Assembly (NCBI GenBank): GCA_951406725.2
Contig: OX597838.1
Span: forward strand, 8,680,001 to 8,744,000
DNA length: 64,000 nt
Reading direction: 5' to 3'
From: Octopus vulgaris
Lineage: Eukaryota
A program made the position numbers and the translations under genes. This document shows positions 42,718 through 56,699 of the stretch, one piece after another. Position 1 is the stretch's first letter; each line of letters opens with the position of its first letter. Below the pieces are notes generated by a model that did no database searches, was not told the DNA's origin, and worked only from the letters and a program-made list of their open reading frames with translations.

Positions 42718-44059
42718 GTGGTGTTAATGGTGGTGGTGATGGTTACTGTCATTGCAATAATAGTGGTGGCCACGGAAGGATTAACAACGATAATTAGGGT
42801 GATTTTAATGATTGCGATGATGGTGATGGATGGAGTAATAAGGCGACAGCGGCCTTAGTTGTGGTGGCCATTTGCAGTAGTGATGGTGGTGGTGTACCGA
42901 AGCTGGTGTTTGCGTTGTAGTGGTGATAGTGACAGTAGTCATAGTGGTGGTAGTGGTCTCCCAAAGGACCCCCCCACGTCCACCACCACCCCGGTCCACC
43001 CCACCACTTGTCCTCCATTCCTGTTCATTCATTTACTGCAAATTGCCCCATGATTGCTTATAAAAAACCACTTTGCCAAGTCCAGTGTGGTATGGACAGC
43101 ATTCACGACTCCCGCTCTGGCCATGACCAACCTGCCGCCTGCTCGGTGTGACAAGGGGAATGGTATAGCAGCAGTTGTCATGGTGACGGTGATAGTGATG
43201 GTGAGGATAGTGGCGTAGTTGCTGCTATTGTGCCTGATACTGTTGCGGCGGCAGCGGCGGTGGTGGTGGTGGTGGTGGTGGTGGTGGTAGTGGTGGTGGT
43301 GGTGGTAGTGGTGGTGGTGGTGGTGGTGGTGGTGGTGGTGGTGGTGGTAGTGGTGGTGGTGGTGGTGGTGGTGGTGGTGGTGGTGGTTGCGGTAGTGGTG
43401 GTGATGTAATATTCTGAGGTCGTCGATAGTATGGTTTTATCTAGCATTGTACCCTCCCCCAGTCGTACATTGTTATTATTCTCAAATGGTTGGATCGTTA
43501 TAACGTCCACACAGTATCACAGTATATTTACTATGTCAGCCCAGACACGACTATCAACACAGTCTACACCTACTCTCTACCTTCTGACCTTCTCTGTCGA
43601 CCGGCTACTGATCTATTTATAATGACTGGTTACTACCACGTTTTACCAGGAGGGGTGTACAGTTTCGCTATACAATATAAACTGTGTTGCTTAAGAACAC
43701 AACGCGCCGTCGGGAATAGAAACTACCCCCTTACGATCGTGAACCGAACCCCCTAACCAGTAAACCGCGCGTTTTCACAGTGTCCACACGCAAACACACA
43801 CAAATGCTTCGATTCCCACAATCAGACCAAAAAGAAGAATGAATTATAAAGAAACCTGCCAAGACAAATATATCGATTTCTGATTTAAGCATAAGGGCAA
43901 CAATTTTGAAGATACGACCGTCTATATGAGTGGTACTTTTTATTTTTTCAACCCTGAAAGGATGAAAGGCAAAGTTCACTCCAGCACAATTCGAACACAG
44001 AACGTAAAGACCCGGCAAATATTGCAAGGCTTTTTTTTTTTTTTTTTTTTGTTAATCCT

Positions 44060-44375
44060 AGAACCGTAAATCAGTTTTGCTGGACGCCTGCAACAGGAGT
44101 ATGATGGTCGTGGTCCTCACAAGTGACCGTTTTGCGTCCTGACTGGACCAAACAGGCCAGATGTTTTTAGACGTCCCGAAATATTCTTAGGAACATCTAG
44201 CTTCTAAGTGTTGCTGGGCGACTGGAATGGCATTTTGGACGCACGCATGGCTTTTATGAAAATGGCCGATAGACGGGAGTGCACAATCCATGAAAAACTT
44301 CTCAGGCTCTTTCAACTCACTGACAGGTTTTACCTTCGTTTCTTGAATAGGCCAATACGGATTTGGACAACGAGT
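44060..44375 (+). mobile_element. Decayed LINE (L1/Tx1-like) AP-endonuclease fragment
   Basis: From 44208: VLLGDWNGILDAR...LLRLFQLTDRF...IWT, matching the GD(F/W)N and L.D..R motifs. Confidence 0.75.
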
Positions 44376-45614
44376 TAGACTGGCAGAATCACTGCTTCGG
44401 TTCCTTGTGCTCTGAGTTCAAATCCCGCTGAGGTCAGATTTGCCTTTCATAATTTCTAGGTCGATGAAATAAAGTACGCGTAAAGTACAAGAGTCGACGG
44501 AGCTGACAGCTCCGTTTCCGCGCAAAAAGTTTCTCCATAATGAAGATGCGCCTTCTAAACAAGGCGCGTCGTTATCACTTTCATCATCATCATCATCATC
44601 ATCATCAATATCATTATCATAATTATCATCATCATCAGTGTGAATATCATCACAAATTCGTCGTCGTCGTCATCATCATCATCATCATCATCATCATCGT
44701 CATCATCATCATCTTCATCATCTTCATCATCATCATCATCATCATCATTATCATCTTCGTCATCGCCGTCATCGTCGTCGTCGTCATTGACGTTGTCATC
44801 ATCATCATCATCACATTATTCCTATCAGAAACGTTATCATTATCGTAATCTTTTTTTTCAAAGAACTTGTTACAACCACCACCACTACCACCACCACCAC
44901 CACCACCACCACCACCACCACCACCACTACTACTACTACTACTAGAAACACTTTAACTCCTAATTGCATTTGTCTTTATCCGACTTTATTCAGAGTGACT
45001 CCTTAATCGTTTCTTCCAGCTCACACACACACACATAAATATATGAATTTCTTGGGGGGGGGGTTCCTTCCCGTTTCATTTACTTTCTAACTCCCTACCA
45101 CCCCACCCCACCCCCGGTCCCCCCGGCCCCTCCATCAATATAAGTCTTACGATTTTGCATTCCGAACATGCTTAATCACATCGTTAACAGTTATTGAACA
45201 ATCGCTATAGATATCATCACTATCATCATCATCACCGTCATCATCATCATCAGTGTCATCATCATCATCATCGTCGTCGTCGTCGTCGTTATCACTAACA
45301 CCACCACCGCCATCAGAGGCCTCACGATCACCACCTCCACCACCACCATCATCGTCATGATTGTCATCACCATCATCACCATCATCACCATCCCCATCGT
45401 CATCGCTACTGCTATCACCACCACCACCATCCGAGGCCTCACGACGACCACCACCATCACCACCACCATCATCATTATCGTATTGTCGACCAATGAAAAG
45501 TGACAGCCAATCAATCAGAAAACGCAAAACGCAAACCAATGAAAACAGAGAAATATAGGACCACACCCCTACCAACGAATATAAATATAGCACCCGAAAG
45601 CGAGTTGTAATAAT

Positions 45615-45657
45615 TCTCGCCTGATGAGCGCAATGGCGTGAAACCAAAGTCGCGAGA
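45615..45657 (+). ncRNA. Minimal type I hammerhead ribozyme, canonical core
   Basis: TCTCGC-CTGATGA-GCGC-AATG-GCGT-GAA-AC-CAAA-GT-C-GCGAGA; GUC triplet. Confidence 0.85.
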
Positions 45658-46616
45658 TTAGAATCCAATTTCCATAAACTACATACATAGATAAATACCT
45701 ACATACATACATACATACATACATACATACATACATACATACATACATACATACATACATACATACATACATACACACACATAAACACACGTTTAATTGA
45801 GCTTGCATGCTTACAAACTCCTACTAAATCGATTTTTTATGTACACAACAGCTCGTGTGTGTTTGTATGAATCAGTTTTTGAGTGCGTGTGGTATATGTA
45901 AGTGTGAGTACGTGTGCATGTGTATGTGTGTTTTTGCGTGTATGCGTGTGTGCGTGTGTGTGTGTGTGTGCGTGCATCTGTACGCCATTAAACATTTATG
46001 ACTCGTCATATTCGCAGGTCTGACAAACTATCAACAGATGCTAATACGATCGACACTGTCTATTGATTATCGAAATTTAATCAACCCAAACACACTTCGG
46101 TAAAACAAAAACATTAAAAAAAAACGAGAAAAAAATGCCAGAGAGAAAACAAAAATTGTGGAATAATAAAAAAAAAAGAAGAAAAGAAATTAAGCGAAAC
46201 GATCGCAAGTCAGTGCGTTCTTAATGAGAGGAGTAGGTTGAGGGTGTAGAGCAATTAGCCCCGTCCCCCGCCCACCGTGCCGCATCCAACCCACTCGCTC
46301 CCCCCCCCCCCCCGCACGTAGTGCACACCTATCTACCTGTCTATCCTTCTATCCACTCAATGCCATAACTTACTTTAACGAAATTCTAACTGACGAACGA
46401 CTCACATTGCACGCGGTTGGAAAGGTTTCTTAATTGGTTAATCATAATTAAATGTATTTATGTGCGTGTGTGTGTGTGTGTGTGTGTGTGCGTGCGTATA
46501 GATATGTATAGACACACACACACATATATTTATATATGTATCTATATATGCATGCGTGTATGTACATATTCATGTATGTTTACATGAATAAATACATTCA
46601 TATATAAATAGAAGTG

Positions 46617-46649
<33 letters not shown>

Positions 46650-46914
46650 ATAAATATATATATATATACATATATATACTTATATACACATATATGCATA
46701 TACATATATATATACATATGTGTGTGTATGTGTATATATATACATATATATACATATTCACGATATCTATATACGTATGTGTGTGTACACGGAGAGTGAG
46801 ACAAAAAAAACTGAATATATATAAACAGAGATACAGAGCCAGGAAAACAGAGAAGATATATAGATAGATAGAGAGATAGATAGATAGATAGATAGATAGA
46901 GAGATAGATAGATG

Positions 46915-46953
<39 letters not shown>

Positions 46954-47032
46954 TGATTGATTGATAGATAGATAGATTAGATATATAGAGGGGCAGAAAG
47001 AGAGCTCGGTGTATACATGCATACATACATGC

Positions 47033-47198
<166 letters not shown>

Positions 47199-47581
47199 AC
47201 ATGCATTCACACTTATACATACCTACATTACATACGTGCAATACATTCTTACAAAGTAAATAAGGGAGGGGAGACAGCTATGTGACTACGGGTAATTAAT
47301 CCTAATTAATCTTCATTAATATTTAGTAGATTTCTGATTTACAGTCGTGCACACATGCACACACACACACACACATATAAACTCACACACAGACACACAC
47401 ACACACGCATACACACACACACCTCTTTGCTCGTATAGAAAAATCACAAACATGCTCTTAATTATAACATATTTTACGCATAAACACTCACCCGACTTCA
47501 AACCCTACCCCCCCCCCATACACACACAGATTGCAGCATGTGTGTGTGTGTGTGTGTGTGTGTGAATGTGCATAAATGTAC

Positions 47582-47644
<63 letters not shown>

Positions 47645-47661
47645 TATATAAATACACACAT

Positions 47662-47722
<61 letters not shown>

Positions 47723-47734
47723 TGTATATACATA

Positions 47735-47779
<45 letters not shown>

Positions 47780-47867
47780 GATATCTGTATATAAATATGT
47801 ATGTGTATGTATACAGAAGTATTTATGTATATATATGTATATATACACATATCTATATGTATGTATA

Positions 47868-47921
<54 letters not shown>

Positions 47922-48404
47922 CATGTGCGTGTATATATGTATATATGTATGTATGTATGTATGTATATACCTACACACAAACTACACACTGTAGGTAACC
48001 GTGCTATTAACACCTCGAATTATTAACCTAACTCTATCTCCCCCACCACCACCACCAACAACAACCCCACCCCCATCCGTTCAATACAATTTTTTTTTAT
48101 ATATTTTCAGGAAAAAAAAATAATAAAATAAAATAAAAATGTTTAAATAAAAAAAAAAATCTAAGACCCACCGAGAAAAGTTCGAAGCTCACCTCTCCAG
48201 CAGCCCTAGCTTCGTATCTTTTGCCACCGTAATATTTAATTTCGCTCATAACCCTTGATTAATCCACTAATTAACAATTAGACTTCGACCTGATATCATT
48301 AACCAGATTGCAGCAATCTTACAACACTTTCGCTTAACGTTCGTCGCCTCCTCTACTTTCGCTTTACGTTCTACTCTCTCTCTCTCTCTCTCCGTCTCCC
48401 TCTT

Positions 48405-48453
<49 letters not shown>

Positions 48454-48848
48454 ATATCTCTATGTCTCTCTCACTCTCTCTCTCTCTCTCTCTATTTCCT
48501 CTTCCTATCTCTCTATCTATCCGTCTATCTATATCTGTGTCTCTCCCACTCACTTTTTCTCTCCCACCATCTCCCCCGCTCTATTTATCTATCTTCCTAC
48601 TCTCTCGCCTACTTTCTCTCCACATTCTCTATAGTTTCTCTCTACTATCTCCCTTCCCTCTCTGTCCCCTCTTCTCAACTCTCCCCTTTCTCTATTCTCT
48701 CTCTTTATCTCTCCATCTCTCTCAGTCTCTCTCTTCTGTATTTCTCTCTCTCTCTCTCTCTCTCTCACTCGCTCTTATATTCCCCTCCCACTTGGTTTAA
48801 ATGTTTCACTCCCCCCTCATTTTCACCCATATTCCTCTGCCTTATTCT

Positions 48849-48904
<56 letters not shown>

Positions 48905-49065
48905 GACTTTCATCGATTTATACTCAGCCATTGTTTTCTCCCAGTATTCCAGGTTTTTTTTATGAGGATGTAGACGACCAACTTGATAAAGCCAACAAGA
49001 TACTCTACATCCACCCGACAGATCGTCAGTTCGTCTCCCACCAGCGGTACTCTTACAGCCAATAT

Positions 49066-49883
49066 AAGGCGGCGAGCTGGCAGAACCGTTAGCACGCCAG
49101 GCGAAATGCGTAGCCGTATTTCGTCTGCCGTTACGTTCTGAGTTCAAATTCCGTCGAGGTCGACTTTGCTTTTCATCCTTTCGGGGTCGATAAATTAAGT
49201 ACCAGTTACGCACTGATGTCGATAAATTAAGTACCAGTTACGCACTGGGGTCGATGTAATCGACTTAATCCGTTTGTCTGTCCTTGTTTGTCCCCTCTGT
49301 GTTTAGCCCCTTGTGGGTAGTAAAGAAATAGGTATTTCGTCTGTCCTTATGTTCTGAGTTCAAATTCCGCCGAGGTCGACTTTGCCTTTCATCCTTTCGG
49401 GGTCGATAAATTAAGTACCAGTTACGTACTGGGATCGATATAATCGGCTTAATCCATTTGTCTGTCCTTGTTTGTCCCCTCTGTGTTTAGCCCCTTGTGG
49501 GTAGTAAAGAAATAGGTATTTCGTCTGTCCTTATGTTCTGAGTTCAAATTCCGCCGAGGTCGACTTTGCCTTTCATCCTTTCGGGGTCGATAAATTAAGT
49601 ACCAGTTACGCACTGGGATCGATATAATCGACTTAATCCATTTGTCTGTCCTTGTTTGTCCCCTCTGTGTTTAGCCCCTTGTGGGTAGTAAAGAAACAGG
49701 TATTTCGTCTGCCGTTACGTTCTGAGTTCAAATTCCGCCGAGGTCGACTTTGCCTTTCATCCTTTCGGAGTCGATAAATTAAGTACCAGTTACGGACTGG
49801 GGTCGATGTAATCGACTTAATCCGTTTGTCTGTCCTTGTTTGTCCCCTCTGTGTTTAGCCCCTTGTGGGTAGTAAAGAAATAA
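49066..49883 (+). mobile_element. SINE family C as a head-to-tail array (one 5' head, four body units, period 184 bp)
   Basis: Units start at about 49122, 49338, 49522 and 49706; core resembles the Meta/Sauria SINE central domain. Confidence 0.9.
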
Positions 49884-50258
49884 GTACTCCACAGCCACTT
49901 TACTCTAAGGACACTTATTTTTCAATTGCCGAATTTACTTCAATCTTCCGCACCACCACCACCAGATAAACGTATATACACACATATATACGACGGGTTT
50001 CTTTCAGATTCTGTCTACCAAATCCACTCACAAGGCTTTGGTCGGTCCGAGGCTATAGTAGAAGACACTTGCCCAAGGTGCCACACAGTGGGACTGAACC
50101 CGGAACCATGTGGTTGGTAAGCAAGCTACTTACCACACAGCCACTCCTGCATGTCTTATCTCCTTGCCTGAGTTTCGTTAAGCCAATCTGCTTAATTCTA
50201 GCTTAATTATTTAACATTTTCTCCATCATTCACGTCATTCAATATATATATATATTTA

Positions 50259-50352
<94 letters not shown>

Positions 50353-50410
50353 GTATATGTATGTAGCGTTTGTAAGAGTCTAGATTGAATTGATATATCG
50401 GTTCCATTCT

Positions 50411-50464
50411 AGCAAAAACTGTCTGATGAACGGCAACGAGAAACTCAGAGTAACAGATTTTGTT
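50411..50464 (+). ncRNA. Minimal type I hammerhead ribozyme with long stem I
   Basis: AGCAAAAACTGT-CTGATGA-A-CG-GCAA-CG-A-GAA-ACTC-A-GAGT-A-ACAGATTTTGTT. Confidence 0.8.
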
Positions 50465-50488
50465 GAATTTTCTGCTGCTTTAAATAAA

Positions 50489-50560
<72 letters not shown>

Positions 50561-50629
50561 TCTTTTACTTTTTTACTTGTTTCAGTCATTTGACGCAATG
50601 GGACTGAACCCGGAACCACGTGGTTGGGA

Positions 50630-50710
<81 letters not shown>

Positions 50711-50761
50711 TATCATTTTTAAATCTCTCCACAAGAGACATTCAGTAACAGTACGTTACAG

Positions 50762-50870
50762 TAAAGATCATTTGCCAACATAATGTGGCAGTCCCGGTAA
50801 TATTAACATCGGGTTGCTGTAACGTTCGTCCCAAACAGGACTGCCACATTATGCTGGCGAATAATCTTTA
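50762..50870. repeat. Imperfect inverted repeat, 33-bp arms, 43-nt loop
   Basis: TAAAGATCATTTGCCAACATAATGTGGCAGTCC and GGACTGCCACATTATGCTGGCGAATAATCTTTA (3 differences). Confidence 0.9.
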
Positions 50871-51569
50871 TAATATATATATGTATATAATACGATGTGC
50901 TTCTTTCAGTTTCCGCCAACCAAATCCACTCATAAGGCTTAGGTCACCCTGAGGCTATAGTAGAAGATACTTGCCCAAAGTGCCATGCAGTGGGACTGGA
51001 CTCGGGATCATGTGTTTGGCAAGCAAACTTCAGACCGTACAGAAACGTCTGTACTTATAAATTCCATTCGTTTTCTGATAAGACTGTGAAGTTCTAGAAA
51101 CGTCGAATATGGATTTAAGGATTGAATTGTTCAAAAGCGACAGTAAAACGTTAATAAAAATAATATGAAAAATATAAAATAAAAAAATTATAACTCGACT
51201 ATGTTCAAGTGTAGTGTGGTGACACTTGTCTTAATGGAAACCAGAGTGGAGGGGGTGCTTGGTCGCGGGTGGAGTGAGGTGAATGGAAATGTGTGACATG
51301 TGTTGCTAACGAAGGAGAAATTAGCAAATTACAATTCGCAATAAAATTAAGAAAATTCACGACTCTTACCCACGTTCAATAAAGTAATTAAAGGAAATTT
51401 TAAACTGTTTTCTAAAGTGTTATGCGAGTGCATGAGGGGTGGGGTGGGGCGGTGAAACACATGCAAACATGGATGTGGGCACTGGTATGGGTGCAGGTAA
51501 CTTTTTTTATCTTTATTTTCGAGTTTCTTGGTAGTTAAATATATAAATAGGTATATTTAGACATCTACA

Positions 51570-51603
<34 letters not shown>

Positions 51604-51833
51604 TGTGCGTGTGTTTGTATCTGTGTCTGTGTGCGCGTGGGTGTGAGTACGTATATACGTGTGTGTGTGTGTGTATGTGTGAATGTATACGTGTTTGCTT
51701 GAACGCAGATACATACATACATGCACACACACACACACATATGTATGCATATGGATATTGACACAGATGTGTATATATATATATATATGTATGAATATAC
51801 ATATATGTGTGTCTGTATGTATATGCATGTATG

Positions 51834-51864
<31 letters not shown>

Positions 51865-51887
51865 GTATATATACATATGTATGTATA

Positions 51888-51918
<31 letters not shown>

Positions 51919-51983
51919 GCATACATGCATATCTATAAAAAAAAATATACATATATCAGTACGATATTTTTATATATATATAT

Positions 51984-52035
<52 letters not shown>

Positions 52036-52354
52036 GCATACATATACACATATGCACATGTATGAATAGGTGATGTGTGCATATGTATAGAACTATAAAC
52101 ACACACACACACACATACGAATATATATACACTATGCATGCACGTATGTGTATGCATACTTGTACATAATACATATATATATATATATATATATCTATAG
52201 AGAGAGAGAGAGAGAGAGAGAGATATGTATGTATGTATGTATACACACATACACGCATACATACACATAATCGTTTGTAAATGTATGCAAGTATGTTTCA
52301 CGTCCATGTACATACGTATATGTATGTGCATGCATGCATACGTTTGTATGTATA

Positions 52355-52430
<76 letters not shown>

Positions 52431-52441
52431 CATACATAAAC

Positions 52442-52495
<54 letters not shown>

Positions 52496-52670
52496 ACATA
52501 TATATATCATCTACATATATATCAATATAAATATATATATATACATACATGCATACACATACAAATTTATGTGTGTGTGTGTGTGTACGTTTACGCATGA
52601 GTGTATGTATGTATATGTATGTATGTAACATCTGCTATTCACTATCGACATGGATAAGTAGCGTGTGTGG

Positions 52671-52701
<31 letters not shown>

Positions 52702-53068
52702 CGTGCGCCATGACCTCCACTCCATATGCATATACACTCTGTCCGTGTGCGATATGTATATGTGTATGTGTGTGTGTGTGTGTGTGCACAAAGCTGACAC
52801 GTGATTCCACCCGTTACGCTGAGTCACCACCACTCCCACCACCCCCAATACTTTTGCCATCTTCAATTAGGATTGCAATTAATCTCGCCGTTCATTAAGG
52901 CGAGTATTTCCACCACCACCACCATCACCACCACCACCAACACCAACACCACCGCCGCTATCCCTTGTCTTCTTCGATCTCCGCCACCGCCATCGTGAAA
53001 AGTTGGTATAATTTGTTAATAAAAAAAAAAACTTGAGAGACGACGACTACAGAAAAAAAGAGGAAGAG

Positions 53069-53111
<43 letters not shown>

Positions 53112-53239
53112 GTAATAAAGAGAGGGAGGAAGAGAGAGAAAGAAAGAAAGAAAGAAAGAAAGAAGAGAGATACAGACAGAAAATAAACGCACCCAATAAT
53201 CAAATACACACACACACATACACATACACACACTCACAG

Positions 53240-53270
<31 letters not shown>

Positions 53271-53975
53271 AAAGCACAGACCCCCAACACAAACGTATAT
53301 ACATGCATCTATGTATATAAATACTTACATACACACACTCACATACACACACATATATGTATTTATACATACATCTATAGGTATATATATATATATACCT
53401 ATAGATGTTTGAATAAGTGAATGGGTATATACACACACACATACACACACATATACATACAGAAACATATATGTTTGCGTGTATATTTCGGCTTTTACAT
53501 AAATATACACAATTATATATCTATATGTGTGTCTGTGAGTGAGTGAGTACGCGTGCGCATAAACACACACACACACACATATATTTATATGTTTATGTAC
53601 GTATATTATATTTTCTATACCAATAATGTGCAAAAGAAAAAACGTGAGGAAGTCTCCTGACAGACCGTTTCTTCGTTTGTTCACCACTCCTAAAAACAAA
53701 AATACCAGCTTCCTTCCTCAGTGAACGGCACAGATTGGCTCCTATGTACAGCAATCATAACTTGAGCTGCCATTCTAAGGGATAGACTAATTTACATATG
53801 TGAATTTGACGTTTCGTCACTTATTTTAACAATATCTTCTTTATTTGCGCCAAAGACATCATAATTCGGAAGAACTGAAATACATTTACGTATTATAAAA
53901 CCCTGGTGTGAGTGTAGTAAGAATGGAAACACATTTTTTCTATGCTGTTGATACGCAGAAAAGGTGGTGGTGGGG

Positions 53976-54033
53976 GGGAGTCTCTTGAAGGGGCGTTTCG
54001 CAGGTAGTTAACCTCTCTTCAGAGAAGACTCCC
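53976..54033 (-). ncRNA. Hammerhead-like motif lacking stem III pairing
   Basis: GGGAGTCTTCT-CTGAAGA-G-AGGT-TAACT-ACCT-GC-GAAA-CGCCCCTTC-AAGAGACTCCC. Confidence 0.5.
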
Positions 54034-54286
54034 TGTCCACAATCAATAGCATATATCTATTACTTTATTAAATCCTGTTGCTGTTACAATGGTAGAGTTT
54101 CTATTTCCAAGTGAAAATGGAGGCCACTCTGTCGGGTATGACCCATGGAATGCTGAGGAAGTCGTTTCTTTGGTCATGGAGCTTTCAGATGATGCACGAC
54201 GGGGGGATGGAGTTTTCTTTACCCCTCCGCCCGAAGGACTACATATATTGCTTGAATATTTCCTAAAATTCAAAATCCTTTGTTGC

Positions 54287-54655
54287 AATGGATGGAACCA
54301 CTCCGTCGGTTACGACGATGAGGGTTCCGGTTGATCCGAAATTAACGTGCAAGTGGCTGAGCACTCCACAGACACGTGCACCCTTAACGTAGTTCTCGGG
54401 GATATTCAGCGTGACACAGAGAGTGACAAGGCCGGCCCTTTGAAATACAGGTACAACAGAAACAGGAAGTAAGAGTGAGAGAAAGTTGTGGTGAAAGACT
54501 ACAGCAGGGATCACCACCATCCCCTGCCGGAGCCTCGTGGAGCTTTTAGGTGTTTTCGCTCAATAAACACACACAACGCCCGGTCTGGGAATCGAAACCG
54601 CGATCCTATGACCGCGAGTCCGCTGCCCTAACCACTGGGCCATTGCGCCTCCACG
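54287..54655 (-). mobile_element. SINE family B with an internal deletion and TSD
   Basis: TSD CTTTGTTGC (54278-54286 and 54656-54664); about 24 nt missing relative to the 32675 copy. Confidence 0.9.
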
Positions 54656-55803
54656 CTTTGTTGCTATACCAACAAGGAAACGGTACACTACAAAAACACA
54701 TATTTAGCGGGAATATTCAGCAATCATCCGATATCACGATTCGCTAGATTGTTGCCCACGTGATCGACAAAATCTAACCGATCGTGACTTCGCGTCGAAT
54801 AGGCTCAAAGCATTGACTTTTTTTTTTCTTTTAGCGCGCTTCTTTCTGAGCTTATCGTCATGAACACTACACAGAGATCTTTGGTAGACGGAAACTAGAA
54901 GCCCATCGTGTGTGTGTGTGTGTGTGTGTGTCTATCTGTCTGTGCGCATGCGTGCATGTTTGTCTTTGTGTCTGTATTTGTCCCCCATCACCGCTTGACA
55001 ATCGGTGTTGACGTATTTACGTTCCCGTAAATTAGCGGTTCGGCAAAAAGAGGTTGAAAAAAATAATTACCAGGCTAAAAAAAAATAATAATAAGTTCAA
55101 AGATCGATTCATTCGACTAAAATTCTTCAAAGCGGTGCCCCAGCATGGCCGCAGTCTTATGACTGAAACAAATATAGAATAAAAAGATTAAAGATTAAGT
55201 TCCGACCTGATTGTAATCAATGCCATCTGAAAGGTATTTGCATAAAATTCCATTAAAAGTTACCCATTTTTCTAAAATTTACAAGACATGATCGAGACGT
55301 AGAGAGAGTACACTTCTGTACTTATACCCAATTGATGTATGTCAGTAAGAACCATATTTCTTCTTCAGTTTTCTATTTCCTCAAAAACAGCCAACAACTA
55401 TTAAAGGGTACCGCAATCAACATAATTTGGTTAACGCAGAATAAAACTTACAATTAGTAGAAAGTAGCGTTTGGGCAACCTTTATATTTCAAGATGTATA
55501 AAACCGATGTTCAACAACCCCCGTAGTCAATTAAAATATTGCATTAAATAATATTCCTGATTCACGCATGTACTTGAAATATTCAATAATAAAAGAATCC
55601 TTAAAACCGCATTTTGATAAAAAAAAAAAAAATTTTTTTAATTATTAAAACTGGAATTTATAAAATTTTTCTTTCTAGACTTTCATAATTACTTTATTTT
55701 AGAAACATTGCATAATTCCAGCTAATTAGTAAGCAGCTTTCTCCGTTATACTATATATGCACACACATACACGCACACACACAAGCACGCACAAACACAC
55801 ACA

Positions 55804-56535
55804 CGAGGGGCGGGGGCTGAAAAGTTCCTGGCTTTGGGTAAAAGAAAATACAGGAGACTCAGTAATGATTTTATTCAACACTAGCAGTATCACCCGGCGT
55901 TGCTCGGGTTTGTAAGGGAAATAACTATATAAGCATTTTTAGAGAGTTACTTCCCTTATAGATGCCAATTCGGGCTTTCTTAGCCATTTCTGTTTTGGTG
56001 TCTTCAAGCCATGAAGTCGTTGTTCTAAAAGAACGCTGGTCTCCTTGACAACGCTTTACGACGTTGATTTCCTTACACTCCCTTCCCCACAGCTTCACGA
56101 GGGAGGGAAGAAGGGGGAGAAGCAAACACAGGTGCAGGTGTTTGAGCGTGGACGCCAACTCCGCCGCCATCGCCACACGAAAAATTATGCATTAAAATGG
56201 AATAAAAAATTATGTTAAATTATTTTTAAAATCGTAGACTCATCGTAGACGCGCGTTAATACCCAGAAGGGCTCGATATGAATCACGACTATAAGATACC
56301 CGAATTTGGTTAAACTGCACCGCAAAATGTGGGAGTAGTTAGGAATCTAAATCGAAGGGGACAGACACTCACACAACTACAGTTTTATATATATAGATAT
56401 TCCTCTCTCGGATTCACACACTTATTGCAGTGGTCCTTCGTTTTTTTTTCTAAGCCCCTGTAAAAGAACTTGGAAGGTTGGCCCTCCAACTAGGCCTTTC
56501 ACGATACCCTTAAAGAACTTTTCGGCACCGCCTTG
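55804..56535. mobile_element. Mariner-like MITE interrupted by a Helitron
   Basis: Degenerate TIRs CGAGG..GCTGAAAAGTTC and GAACTTTTCGGCACCGCCTTG, followed by TA. Confidence 0.7.
55881..56397 (-). mobile_element. Non-autonomous Helitron
   Basis: Minus strand starts TC, ends CTAG, has subterminal hairpin CCCGAGCAACGCCGGG, sits between host A and T, no TSD. Confidence 0.85.
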
Positions 56536-56699
56536 TATGTTGGTTAGATATAATTTCTTATTCTACCAGGGGGCCCTAACAGTTGAGACGCCAAAATATA
56601 TTTTAAGAATTGTAGAACAATTAATAATATCAAAAAAGGTTATTCAACCTTTATCCCAGCTTTTTACCGTTCTAGCTCCAAAGAATGACATTAGACAAG

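Noticed and set aside
51063-51113. CTGATAA...GAAACGTC motif
   Set aside because: G8 mutated and stems weak; not counted
54043-54288. 81-aa non-repetitive minus-strand ORF
   Set aside because: Starts at a SINE insertion junction; no recognisable domain or splice support
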